Below, piece after piece: positions 21,501 to 29,664 of a stretch of DNA of 64,000 nt. The notes under the pieces were generated by a model, which was not told the DNA's origin, ran no database searches, and saw only the letters and a program-made list of their open reading frames with translations. The first letter of the stretch is position 1. Each line of letters opens with the position of its first letter. Made by a program: the position numbers and the translations under genes. This DNA comes from Tagaea sp. GTDB taxonomy: Bacteria > Pseudomonadota > Alphaproteobacteria > CACIAM-22H2. The stretch lies in assembly GCA_965279525.1 (NCBI GenBank), contig CBDIIB010000004.1, positions 608,001 to 672,000 of the forward strand. Reading direction: 5' to 3'.

Positions 21501-24500
21501 CGGTCGTCGTTCCGCCCTTGCCGTCCGAGACGGTGTAGCTGAACGAGTCCGTACCGTTGAAGTTGGCGTTCGGTGTGTAGGTGTAGGAACCGTCGGGCGC
21601 GATCGAAACCGTGCCGTTCGCAGGGCCGCCGTTGGCCGGGATCGCGTAGCTCAGCGTGTCGCCGTCGACGTCGCTCGCGACGATCTGGCCCGTGACCGTT
21701 CCGTCTTCCGTGCCGGAAGCCGTGCCGCTCGTCGTCGTCGGGCCATCGTTGACCGCGCCGACTGCAACCGAGATCGTGCCGGTCGTCGTTCCGCCCTTGC
21801 CGTCGGAGACGGTGTACGTGAACGAGTCTGTCCCGTTGAAATTCGCATTCGGCGTGTAGGTGTAGCTGCCGTCGGCAGCGATGCTGACCGTGCCGTTCGC
21901 AGGGCCACCATTGGTCGGGACCGAATAGCTCAGCGTGTCGCCGTCGACGTCGCCGGCAACGATCTGACCGGTGACAACGCCATCTTCCGTTCCGCTCGCC
22001 GTACCGTCCGTCGTCGTCGGCCCATCATTCGTGCCGCCAACCGAGACACTGATCGTGCCGGTCGTCGTGCCACCCTTGCCGTCCGAGACGGTGTAGGTGA
22101 ACGAGTCCGTGCCGTTGAAGTTCGCATTCGGCGTGTAGGTGTAGGAACCGTCCGGTGCGATGGACACGGTGCCGTTCGCCGGGCCGCCATTCGAGGGAAC
22201 CGAGTAGCTAAGCGTATCACCGTCGACATCGCTCGCGACGATCTGCCCGGTGACCGTGCCGTCTTCCGTGCCCGAGGCCGTGCCGTTCGTCGTGGTCGGG
22301 CCGTCATTGACCGCACCGACCGCAACGCTGATCGTGCCGGTGGTCGTGCCACCCTTGCCGTCCGAGACGGTGTAGGTGAACGTGTCCGTGCCGTTGAAGT
22401 TGGCATTCGGCGTGTAAGTGTAGCTGCCGTCGGCTGCGATGGAGACCGTGCCGTTCGCAGGACCGCCGTTGGCCGGGATCGCGTAGCTAAGCGTGTCGCC
22501 GTCGACGTCGCTCGCGACGATCTGGCCCGTGACCGTGCCGTCTTCCGTGCCGGCGGCCGTGCCGCTCGTCGTGGTCGGGCCATCGTTGACCGCGCCGACT
22601 GCGACCGAGATCGTGCCAGTCGTCGTCCCGCCCTTGCCGTCGGAGACCGTGTAGGTGAACGAGTCAGTCCCGTTGAAGTTGGCGTTCGGCGTGTAGCTGT
22701 AGGAGCCGTCGGGCGCGATCGAGACCGTGCCGTTCGCGGGGCCACCGTTTGCGGGGATCGCGTAGCTCAGCGTGTCGCCATCGACGTCGCTCGCGACGAT
22801 CTGCCCGGTGACCGTTCCGTCTTCCGTGCCGCTCGCAGTACCACTCGTCGTCGTCGGGCCGTCGTTGACCGCGCCGACTGCAACCGAGATCGTGCCGGTG
22901 GTCGTGCCACCCTTGCCGTCGGAGACGGTGTAGGTGAAAGAGTCCGTGCCGTTGAAGTTGGCGTTCGGCGTGTACGTATAGGAACCATCGGGCGCGATCG
23001 AGACCGTGCCGTTGGCCGGACCGCCATTGGCCGGAACCGAGTAGCTCAGCGTGTCGCCATCGACGTCGCTCGCGACGATCTGGCCCGTGACCGTGCCGTC
23101 TTCCGTACCGCTCGCCGCACCGTTCGTCGTCGTCGGGCCGTCGTTGACCGCGCCGACCGCGACGTCGACCGTCCCGGTCGTCGTGCCGCCCTGCCCGTCG
23201 GAAACCGTATAGGTGAAGCTGTCGGTGCCGTTGAAGTTGGCGTCCGGCACGAAGCTGTAGCTGCCGTCCGGGTTGACCGTGACGGTACCGTTCTGCGGGC
23301 CGGCCGAAAGGGCGAACGTCAACGTATCGCCGTCGACGTCGCTTGCCGCCAGCATGCCGACGACAGGCGCATCTTCCGCACCCGAAGCCTGGCCACCGGC
23401 CGTGATCGGGTTGTCGTTGACCGACGCCACGCCGACGGTCATCTGCCCCGTCGTCGTGCCGCCCTGGCCGTCCGACACGCTGTAGACGAAGCTGTCGGTG
23501 CCGTTGAAATTCGCGGCCGGAACGTAGGTGAAGCTGCCGTCCGGGTTGACGGTGACGGCCCCGTTCTGCGGACCGGACGCAAGGCCGAAGGTCAGCGCAT
23601 CGCCGTCGACATCGCTTGCCGAAAGCTGGCCGGACACGGGCGCGTCTTCGCTGCCTGTAGCCGTGCCAGCGGCCGCGACCGGGCCGTCATTGACCGAAGC
23701 CACGCCGACATTGACCGTACCGGTCGCCGTCCCGCCGTTGCCGTCGGAAACCGTGTAGGTGAACGAGTCCGTGCCGTTGTAGTTCGGGCCGGGAACATAG
23801 ACGAACGTGCCGTCGGAGTTGACCGTCACGCTGCCATGCGCGGGGCCTTCACCGCTCGCGAACAAGAGCGCATCGCCGTCGACATCGCTGGCCGAGAGCG
23901 CGCCGGCGATCGCCGTGTCCTCGTTGCCGGTGACGGCAGCGCCCGACGTGACCGGGCCGTCATTGACCGAACCCACATCGATGCTGATCGTGCCCGTCGC
24001 GGTCCCGCCATTGCCGTCCGAGACGGTGTAGGTGAACGAGTCCGTGCCGTTGAAGTTGGCGTTCGGCGTGTAGGTGTAGCTGCCATCAGCCGCCACCGTG
24101 ACCGAACCGTGCTGCGGCGCACCGGAGACCGGCACCGAGTAGTTCAGCGTGTCGCCATCGACATCCGTCGCCAGGAGCTGGCCGGAAACCGAATTGTCTT
24201 CGCTGCCTGAAGCCGCACCGCCGGCCGTGACCGGCCCGTCGTTGACCGCACCGACCGCGACCGAGATCGTGCCGGTGGTCGTGCCGCCGTTGCCGTCCGA
24301 CACCGCGTAGGTGAAGGAGTCCGTGCCGCTGAAATTCGCGGCCGGGACGTAGCTGTAGCTGCCGTCCGGATTGACCGTCACGGTTCCGTTTGCCGGCGCG
24401 CCATTGGCGGCAAGCGCGAAGCTCAATGCGTCGCCGTCGACGTCGGCGGCCGCGATCTGGCCGGTGACCGTCGTGTCCTCGTTGCCCGAAACGGCACCGC

Positions 24501-27500
24501 CCGACGTCGTCGGCCCGTCATTGACCGACGCGACATCGACATTGATCGTGCCGGTCGTCGTCCCGCCCTTGCCGTCCGAGACGGTGTAGGTGAACGAGTC
24601 CGTGCCGTTGAAGTTGGCGTTCGGCGTGTAGGTGTAGGAACCGTCGGCGGCAACCGACACCGAACCGTTCTGCGGGGCGCCCGAGACGGGAACCGAGAAG
24701 GTCAGGCCATCGCCATCGACATCCGCACCGGCGAGCTGGCCCGTGATCGGCGCGTCTTCATTGCCGGCAGCAGCGCCGCCCGACGTGGTCGGCCCGTCAT
24801 TGACCGACGCGACACCGACATTGATCGTGCCCGTCGTCGTCCCGCCCTTGCCGTCGGAGACGGTGTAGGTGAACGAGTCCGTGCCGTTGAAGTTGGCGTT
24901 CGGCGTGTAGGTATAGGAACCGTCGGCAGCGACGGAAACCGAACCGTGCTGCGGCGCGCCCGAGGCGGGAACCGAGAATGTCAGCGCGTCGCCATCAACG
25001 TCCGAGCCCACGAGCTGGCCGGTGATCGGCGCGTCTTCGTTGCCTGCGGCTGCACCGCCCGACGTCGTCGGGCCGTCATTGACCGATGCGACGTCGATGG
25101 CGATCGTGCCCGTCGTCGTGCCGCCCTTACCGTCCGAGACGGTGTAGGTGAACGAGTCCGTGCCGTTGAAATTGGCGTTCGGCGTGTAAGTGTAGCTGCC
25201 GTCAGCGGCGACCGTCACCGAGCCGTTCTGCGGGGCGCCCGACACGGGCACCGAGAATGTCAGCGCATCGCCGTCGACGTCCGAACCCGCAAGCTGGCCC
25301 GTGATCGGCGCGTCTTCGCTGCCCGCGGCCGCACCGCCCGACGTCGTCGGGCCGTCATTGACCGAAGCAACATCGATCGCGATCGTGCCGGTCGTCGTGC
25401 CGCCCTTGCCGTCCGAGACGGTATAGGTGAACGAATCAGTCCCGTTGAAGTTGGCGTTCGGCGTGTAGGTATAGGAACCATCGGCAGCGACCGTCACCGA
25501 ACCGTTCTGCGGGGCGCCCGTGACAGGCACCGAGAATGTCAGCGCGTCGCCGTCGACATCCGAACCGGCGAGCTGGCCGGTGATCGGCGCGTCTTCGTTG
25601 CCTGCGGCCGCACCGCCCGATGTCGTCGGGCCGTCATTGACCGACGCCACATCGATGGCGATCGTGCCGGTCGTCGTCCCGCCCTTGCCGTCCGAGACGG
25701 TGTAGGTGAACGAGTCCGTGCCGTTGAAATTGGCGCCCGGCGTGTAGGTGTAGCTGCCGTCGGCAGCAACGGCGACCGTGCCGTGCTGCGGCGCGCCGGA
25801 AGCGGGCACCGAGAAAGTCAGCGCGTCGCCATCGACATCTGAACCGGCGAGCTGGCCGGTGATCGTCGTGTCTTCGTTGCCGGAAGCCGTACCGCCCGAT
25901 GTGGTCGGTCCGTCATTGACCGACGCGACCGAGACCTGGACGCTGCCCGTCGTCGTCCCGCCCTTGCCGTCCGAGACGGTGTAGGTGAACGCATCCGTGC
26001 CGTTGAAATTCGCACCCGGCGTATACGTGTACGACCCGTCGGCATTCATCGCGACGGTTCCGTTGGCCGGGCCGCCATTCGCCGGAACGGCGTAGCTCAG
26101 CGTGTCGCCGTCCACGTCGTTCGCGACGACGCGGCCGGAAATGGCGTTGTCTTCGTTGCCCGTGGCGGTCGCGGGCGCCGTCGTCGGCGCGTCGTTGACG
26201 GCGGCGACGTTGACCGAGATCTGCGCGGTCGTCGTGCCGCCCTTGCCGTCCGACACCTGGTACGTGAACGTGTCGGTGCCGTTGAAGTTCGGAGCCGGCG
26301 CGTAGGTGAACGTGCCGTTCGCGTTCATCGTCACGGTGCCGTTCGCCGGGCCGCCATTGGCGGGAACCGAGAAGGTCAGCGCATCGCCGTCGACGTCGCT
26401 TGCCGTGACTGCTCCGGTGACCGAGCCGTCCTCGTTGCCGGCGACGCTCGTCGCCGTGGCGACCGGCCGGTCGTTGACCGGATCGACGGTGATCGTGACC
26501 GTCGCCGTCGAGAAACCGCCGCGACCGTCGGCGACCTTATAGGTGAAGCTGTCGGTCCCGTTGAAATCGGCATTCGGCACGTAGCTGTACGTGCCGTTGG
26601 CGTTCATCGTCACGGCGCCGTGCTGCGGGGCGCCGGAAGCGAGAACCGTGTAGGTCAGCGCGTCGCCGTTGGCGTCAGTCGCGACGGCCGTGCCGGTGAC
26701 GGTGTTGTCTTCAGCGCCCTGCGCCGCGCCGTTCTGCGCGACGGGTGCCGTGTTGACGTTGCCCACGCCGACCGTGACCGTGCCGGTGGTGACACCACCG
26801 CGACCATCGACGATCCGGTACGTGAAGCTGTCGTTGCCGTTGTAGCCGTTCGCCGGAATGTAGTTGTAGCTGCCGTCCGGATTGATCGTCACGCTGCCGT
26901 GCGACGGCGCGCCATTCTGCGCGATGCTGAAGGTGAGCTTGTCGCCGTCGGCGTCCGTGCCCGCGAGCTGGCCCGTGATCGGCGCGTTGACGGCACCGAC
27001 GGCGCTGCCGCCGGGTGCGACGGGCGCGTCGTTCGCGACGTCGACCGAAACATTGCCCGAAGCCGAAGCCGACGCGACCGACGTGCCGTCGGTCGAGACC
27101 GAGACGACGTTCGCGGTGATCGGTCCGCTATAGCCGGCGGGCGTGGTGATCGTCAGGCCGGGAAGCTGTGCGGTCGTGAGCGAATAGACGCCGTTCGAGT
27201 TCGGCGCGAGGGTGGCGCCCGACGCGTCCTTGAGGATTGAACCGGTGGGCAGCCCCGAAACCTGGATCGACAGGCGCTCGGAGCCGTCGGCATCCGGCGT
27301 TGCGGTCGCGATGTTGAGCGGAATCGTGGCGCGGCCGTTGTTGTTCGACGTCCAAGCCGTCGCGACGTTCAGGTCGTTGAAGTCCTTGTCGCCGCCGCCG
27401 GCGAGATCTTCCCAGTTCTGGTCGCCCTGGCCCGTCGCGTTGTCCTGGAGCTGGGCATAGTTGCCGGCGTTGAGCGCCGGCTTGTCGAACAGCACGTTGG

Positions 27501-29316
27501 CGCCGTCGCCCGAAAAGCGGTTGCCCTGGGAGTCGATGACCGTCCACTGGCCTTGCGCGTTCTTCTCGAAACGGACGGATTCGCCGTCGGTGACCTTGTT
27601 GCCGTTATTCGAAGCACCGTCGGGGATCAGGAAGAATCCGACCTTGGTCGGATCGACGCCCGAGACCGTCGCGGTCTGGCCGACATGGTCCTTGACGTTC
27701 GCCCAGACGATCTGGCCGGTCGACGGCAGGCCGTCGGCGCCGATCGTGTAGATGCCGTAGCTGCTGTTGTAGCCAGCCGACCCGCTGTAGTCCGTCATCG
27801 ACACGCTGCTCGTGCCCATGTTCACGACAGGCGTGCCGAGCGAGACCGTCAGCGACGGCTGATCGGCGATGGGTGCCACGTTGACGGTGACCTGGCCGGT
27901 GGCCGTGCCGCCGCGCCCGTCGGAAACCCGGTAGCTGAACGCGTCGGTGCCGCTCCAGTTCGCCGTCGGCGAATAGGCGTACGTGCCGTCGGCGTTGATC
28001 GTCAGCGTGCCGTTCGTCGGACCCGTGACGGGCGCGAAGACAAGCGTGTCGCCGTCGGGATCGACGCCGGCGAGACGGCCGGATAGCGTCCCGTCCTCGG
28101 GGCCGCCGATCGTCGTGTTCGCGGCCGAGGGCGCATCGTTGAGTGCCCAAGCGGTCGAAACGATGGTGCCGTTGAAATCGAGGAACTCGACGTTCTGGAT
28201 GCGGTCGGTGCCGGTGTCGCCGTTCGTCGGATCGATGTCGACGATCTCGAAATTGCTCGGGGTCCCGGTCAGCCGGTAGCCGCCGTAGGAACTGGAGAAG
28301 ACGGCCGTATCGAAACCGGCGCTGCCGTCGATCGTGTCGCTGCCCGCTCCGCCCGCAATCGTGTCGTTGCCAACCCCGGTCCAGATCCTGTCGTTGCCCG
28401 TGCCACCCAGCACGCTGTCATTGCCCGCACTGGTCCACAGGATGTCGTTGCCAGCACCGCCATCGACGGTGATGTCGCCGACAGAGTAGTTGCGGCTCGT
28501 CAGGTCGACGACGTCATTGCCGTCGCCGGCGTCGATGTACTCGACGCCGCGGATACGCCCGCCCGGCGTGGGCTGCGGGCTGTAGCTGTCGTCGAGGAAG
28601 AGCGCGTCGTTGCCGCTGCTGAGCGAGATGCGGTCGATGCCGGCACCGCCCTCGAACACGTCGTAGCTGCGCACCTGTCCCTGGATCGAGACGGTTTCGC
28701 CCGTACCTTCGACGCCCGGCGTGCCGGCATTGAACGCCGACCAGCCGTTCGTGAACGTGTCGTCGGCCGAGGCCGCAAGCGTGTCGTTGCCTTCGCCGCC
28801 ATCGAGCAGGTCGCTGCCCGTGCCGCCGTTGAGCACGTCGTTGCCGGTCTGCCCGAGCAGCGTGTCGTTGCCGCTGCCGCCGGCGATCGTGTCGTTGCCT
28901 GCACCGCCGGAAATGCTGTCGTTGCCGTTGCCGCCGTTGAGCACGTCGTTGCCGCTGCCGCCCGCGAACGTGTCGCTGCCGGAAGTGCCCGTCGCACCAT
29001 TGTCGCTCGAGAACGTGGCCGAGAACTGGAATGCGTTGGCGTAGTTGCCCGAGCCGCCGAGCAGGTCCGGCGCGTCGAAGTTCGTCAGGCGCACGCGCGT
29101 GTTCGAGTTCGCGAAGGTGATCAGCGTGTCGCTGCCGACCTGGGTGACGGAGACGCTGGCCAGAGAAAGGCCGCTGCCTTCGAACCGGAGCAGCGTACTG
29201 CTCTTGAACCCGTCGACGACGAGATCCTGTCCAACCCGGATCGTGAAAGTCTCGCGCTCGGCCATTGTCGTCCCGTTCGCTACGCTGTCGATCTGCGGCG
29301 ATGAACCGACGTCCAT
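15535..29316 (-). CDS. Giant T1SS-secreted repeat protein/adhesin (~4,590 aa): N-terminal RTX Ca-binding nonapeptides, DUF4114-like domain, ~41 Ig/cadherin-like repeats, C-terminal T1SS target domain
   Basis: GGxGND repeats in aa ~110-335; GFFLIPDG...WEDLAGGGDKDFNDL; VNDGP...EDG...DVDGD...DGSYTYTP.ANFNGTDSFTYTVSDG repeats; C-terminal DVVVGFDHTEDRIDVTALF. Alternative start 29265 has the better RBS. Confidence 0.93.
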   Translation of the reverse strand: MDVGSSPQIDSVANGTTMAERETFTIRVGQDLVVDGFKSSTLLRFEGSGLSLASVSVTQVGSDTLITFANSNTRVRLTNFDAPDLLGGSGNYANAFQFSATFSSDNGATGTSGSDTFAGGSGNDVLNGGNGNDSISGGAGNDTIAGGSGNDTLLGQTGNDVLNGGTGSDLLDGGEGNDTLAASADDTFTNGWSAFNAGTPGVEGTGETVSIQGQVRSYDVFEGGAGIDRISLSSGNDALFLDDSYSPQPTPGGRIRGVEYIDAGDGNDVVDLTSRNYSVGDITVDGGAGNDILWTSAGNDSVLGGTGNDRIWTGVGNDTIAGGAGSDTIDGSAGFDTAVFSSSYGGYRLTGTPSNFEIVDIDPTNGDTGTDRIQNVEFLDFNGTIVSTAWALNDAPSAANTTIGGPEDGTLSGRLAGVDPDGDTLVFAPVTGPTNGTLTINADGTYAYSPTANWSGTDAFSYRVSDGRGGTATGQVTVNVAPIADQPSLTVSLGTPVVNMGTSSVSMTDYSGSAGYNSSYGIYTIGADGLPSTGQIVWANVKDHVGQTATVSGVDPTKVGFFLIPDGASNNGNKVTDGESVRFEKNAQGQWTVIDSQGNRFSGDGANVLFDKPALNAGNYAQLQDNATGQGDQNWEDLAGGGDKDFNDLNVATAWTSNNNGRATIPLNIATATPDADGSERLSIQVSGLPTGSILKDASGATLAPNSNGVYSLTTAQLPGLTITTPAGYSGPITANVVSVSTDGTSVASASASGNVSVDVANDAPVAPGGSAVGAVNAPITGQLAGTDADGDKLTFSIAQNGAPSHGSVTINPDGSYNYIPANGYNGNDSFTYRIVDGRGGVTTGTVTVGVGNVNTAPVAQNGAAQGAEDNTVTGTAVATDANGDALTYTVLASGAPQHGAVTMNANGTYSYVPNADFNGTDSFTYKVADGRGGFSTATVTITVDPVNDRPVATATSVAGNEDGSVTGAVTASDVDGDALTFSVPANGGPANGTVTMNANGTFTYAPAPNFNGTDTFTYQVSDGKGGTTTAQISVNVAAVNDAPTTAPATATGNEDNAISGRVVANDVDGDTLSYAVPANGGPANGTVAMNADGSYTYTPGANFNGTDAFTYTVSDGKGGTTTGSVQVSVASVNDGPTTSGGTASGNEDTTITGQLAGSDVDGDALTFSVPASGAPQHGTVAVAADGSYTYTPGANFNGTDSFTYTVSDGKGGTTTGTIAIDVASVNDGPTTSGGAAAGNEDAPITGQLAGSDVDGDALTFSVPVTGAPQNGSVTVAADGSYTYTPNANFNGTDSFTYTVSDGKGGTTTGTIAIDVASVNDGPTTSGGAAAGSEDAPITGQLAGSDVDGDALTFSVPVSGAPQNGSVTVAADGSYTYTPNANFNGTDSFTYTVSDGKGGTTTGTIAIDVASVNDGPTTSGGAAAGNEDAPITGQLVGSDVDGDALTFSVPASGAPQHGSVSVAADGSYTYTPNANFNGTDSFTYTVSDGKGGTTTGTINVGVASVNDGPTTSGGAAAGNEDAPITGQLAGADVDGDGLTFSVPVSGAPQNGSVSVAADGSYTYTPNANFNGTDSFTYTVSDGKGGTTTGTINVDVASVNDGPTTSGGAVSGNEDTTVTGQIAAADVDGDALSFALAANGAPANGTVTVNPDGSYSYVPAANFSGTDSFTYAVSDGNGGTTTGTISVAVGAVNDGPVTAGGAASGSEDNSVSGQLLATDVDGDTLNYSVPVSGAPQHGSVTVAADGSYTYTPNANFNGTDSFTYTVSDGNGGTATGTISIDVGSVNDGPVTSGAAVTGNEDTAIAGALSASDVDGDALLFASGEGPAHGSVTVNSDGTFVYVPGPNYNGTDSFTYTVSDGNGGTATGTVNVGVASVNDGPVAAAGTATGSEDAPVSGQLSASDVDGDALTFGLASGPQNGAVTVNPDGSFTYVPAANFNGTDSFVYSVSDGQGGTTTGQMTVGVASVNDNPITAGGQASGAEDAPVVGMLAASDVDGDTLTFALSAGPQNGTVTVNPDGSYSFVPDANFNGTDSFTYTVSDGQGGTTTGTVDVAVGAVNDGPTTTNGAASGTEDGTVTGQIVASDVDGDTLSYSVPANGGPANGTVSIAPDGSYTYTPNANFNGTDSFTYTVSDGKGGTTTGTISVAVGAVNDGPTTTSGTASGTEDGTVTGQIVASDVDGDTLSYAIPANGGPANGTVSIAPDGSYSYTPNANFNGTDSFTYTVSDGKGGTTTGTISVAVGAVNDGPTTTSGTAAGTEDGTVTGQIVASDVDGDTLSYAIPANGGPANGTVSIAADGSYTYTPNANFNGTDTFTYTVSDGKGGTTTGTISVAVGAVNDGPTTTNGTASGTEDGTVTGQIVASDVDGDTLSYSVPSNGGPANGTVSIAPDGSYTYTPNANFNGTDSFTYTVSDGKGGTTTGTISVSVGGTNDGPTTTDGTASGTEDGVVTGQIVAGDVDGDTLSYSVPTNGGPANGTVSIAADGSYTYTPNANFNGTDSFTYTVSDGKGGTTTGTISVAVGAVNDGPTTTSGTASGTEDGTVTGQIVASDVDGDTLSYAIPANGGPANGTVSIAPDGSYTYTPNANFNGTDSFSYTVSDGKGGTTTGTISVAVGATNDGPTTTGGTAAGTEDGIVTGQIVASDIDGDTLSYSVPANGGPANGTVSIAADGSYTYTPNANFNGTDSFTYTVSDGKGGTTTGTISVAVGAVNDGPTTTSGTASSTEDGTVTGQIVASDVDGDTLSYSVPANGGPANGTVSIAADGSYTYTPNANFNGTDSFTYTVSDGKGGTATGTISVAVGAVNDGPTTTSGTASGTEDGVVTGQIVASDVDGDTLSYAIPANGGPANGTVSIASDGSYTYTPNANFNGADSFTYTVSDGKGGTTTGTISVDVASVNDLPQTAGGAAAASEDNAVAGQLAATDADGDALSYSVALDGVPANGTVTLNLDGSYTYTPNANFNGTDSFTYTVSDGKGGFATGTVEVEVGAVNDGPTTAGGAAAGSEDGTIAGQIVASDVDGDALDFGLAANGGPANGTVSIAPDGSYTYTPNANFNGTDSFTYTVSDGQGGTTTGTIALEVASVNDGPTTTNGAASGTEDGTVTGQIVASDVDGDTLSYSVPANGGPANGTVSIAPDGSYTYTPNANFNGTDTFTYTVSDGKGGTATGTISVAVGGTNDGPTTADATATGSEDGTVTGQIVASDIDGDTLSYEIPANGGPANGTVSIAADGSYTYTPNANFNGTDTFTYTVSDGKGGTATGTISVSVGAVNDGPVTTGGTADGTEDGTVTGQLAASDIEGDALTFGLAADGGPANGTVSIAPDGSYTYTPAADFNGTDSFTYTVSDGNGGTTTGTISVSVGAVNDTPVGVDATDAGDEDTAIAGQLAATDADGDALAYSLENGPAHGTVTLNLDGSYTYTPDANYFGADSFTYSVSDGKGGFATGSVDLSVASVNDTPVPAAEAAATVEETAIAGQLSATDADGDSLSYALADNGGPAHGTVTLNLDGSYTYMPTADFNGSDSFTYTVSDGKGGFATGTVALSVASVNDGPVAVAGTASGDEDTAIVGQLVASDADGDTLSFTVAPNGAPAHGSVVIGLDGTYTYTPGANYFGSDTFSYTVSDGSGGTSTATITVGIASVNDAPAGETATIAAGEDNVTTGQLSVTDVDGDTLAYTLVPGQGPAHGTLTLQPDGSFTYTPAANFVGADSFSYTVTDGKSPPVTVVQQIGVTNLNDPPVAAVAAYLSRQDVPLTGQLVASDIDGDTLTFSVANHGGPAHGNLQINPDGTFVYTPSFNYMGPESFTFNVSDGNGGTATATVAILINETNDAPDAQATQFALAEDTVLAGNIQARDVEGDQFTVSLANGQGPQHGVVTVEPDGRFVYTPNANYFGSDSFVVRMVDQYGAVSTQAIALAVTPVHDTPTAANLVVSTLEDTPLNMPWATFNPDGTSLQYRVVSAPALGTFTINGEAGFTYVSGPDINGQDHVVYQVSNDGFQTWTSGTIDIGIAPVNDAPRPLIDTFFTVEDQWVRIVLEASDIEGDAVANYTIVGNPANGTLIDLGSGQYAYVPDPDWYGTDTFRYSITDEHGASAEYTATVGVSPIGNEPVVQSATYTGLQDQYVYGTVPMYDPDTPLWQYYLLDPIVTEGAGGGLFELINTHTGEFVFRPTAHWSGTFQVELRAVDINGNVSEQPAYITFTLEAVNYAPAVVGDYALGTNGYAPMNTPLTGNLAALGSDLETAQADLVWSVAQQAAHGTVTIDANGDYVYTPNHGYTGWDTFQYQVTDANGVVSNAGTAAVHMNLVALPTVWGDQPEFDAVRSGMPISGQISATDENGPLQFYAIGDAVTSGRLTLNVDGTFTYNPPITFSGQDSFMIQTFDPIDGSSSEKIYSFGVAANNGPTALDEHISVEGGSSAAGQLDAFDPDGDALSFGMASGPAHGALQVAEDGSYVYVPANGFSGTDSFSYYVTDALGYSTTAIATIEIAPAPTIHDTSPGQVTVTMGAGVDVVMASAASDTPDVVVGFDHTEDRIDVTALFGDAAPSDWAAHLTLETTAAGTYIGVDNAAPGAPEWSLLLANTTINSLDDLLLTANQNQV
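15870..27035 (-). repeat. Tandem ~279-bp (93-aa) coding repeats, ~40 units (one further isolated unit at ~27870-28140)
   Basis: GTAGGTGAACGA recurs at ~279-bp period (e.g. ~25144, ~25423, ~25702); units counted by hand from the translation. Confidence 0.93.
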
Positions 29317-29319
29317 CGC

Positions 29320-29620
29320 GTAAGCATCTGTGCCGTTTGTATCCCTGTTGCTTTCGGGTACTCTCTGCCCAGATTCCGACCGGAATAAATTACGGTACCG
29401 GCATCAACACGTCAACATAAGTCTTTCGAATAGATAAAATAACGAGGCTTTCCGTAATAGTCGTTTAAATTCTGAAAGATACCTAGTCGGCCGCATAAAT
29501 TACCCTACTATCGAAGTCTGTTTCTGACATACAGGAAGCACTTCCAAATCCGCCTATAATTTGAGCACATTTAGACGACCGTAGAATTTGTTTGATTTCA
29601 GTGAGTTATTCCCCATTTTT
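29320..29620. promoter_or_regulatory. AT-rich upstream region of the giant gene; CtrA-like TTAA-N7-TTAC (minus strand, 29454-29468); ATAAATTAC repeated at 29385 and 29495
   Basis: Read directly from the sequence; function inferred. Confidence 0.45.
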
Positions 29621-29664
29621 AGCGCGGGTCTACAGGCGCGATCCGGGATACATCGAGACTGAAA

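Noticed and set aside
16429-24210. 2,593-aa antisense ORF inside the giant gene
   Set aside because: Arg/Val/Ala-rich shadow frame; high GC and the repeat period suppress stop codons; no RBS or domain signal.
15870-27035. Periodic repeats as a CRISPR array or DGR
   Set aside because: 279-bp in-frame coding units with no unique spacers; no cas or reverse transcriptase gene.
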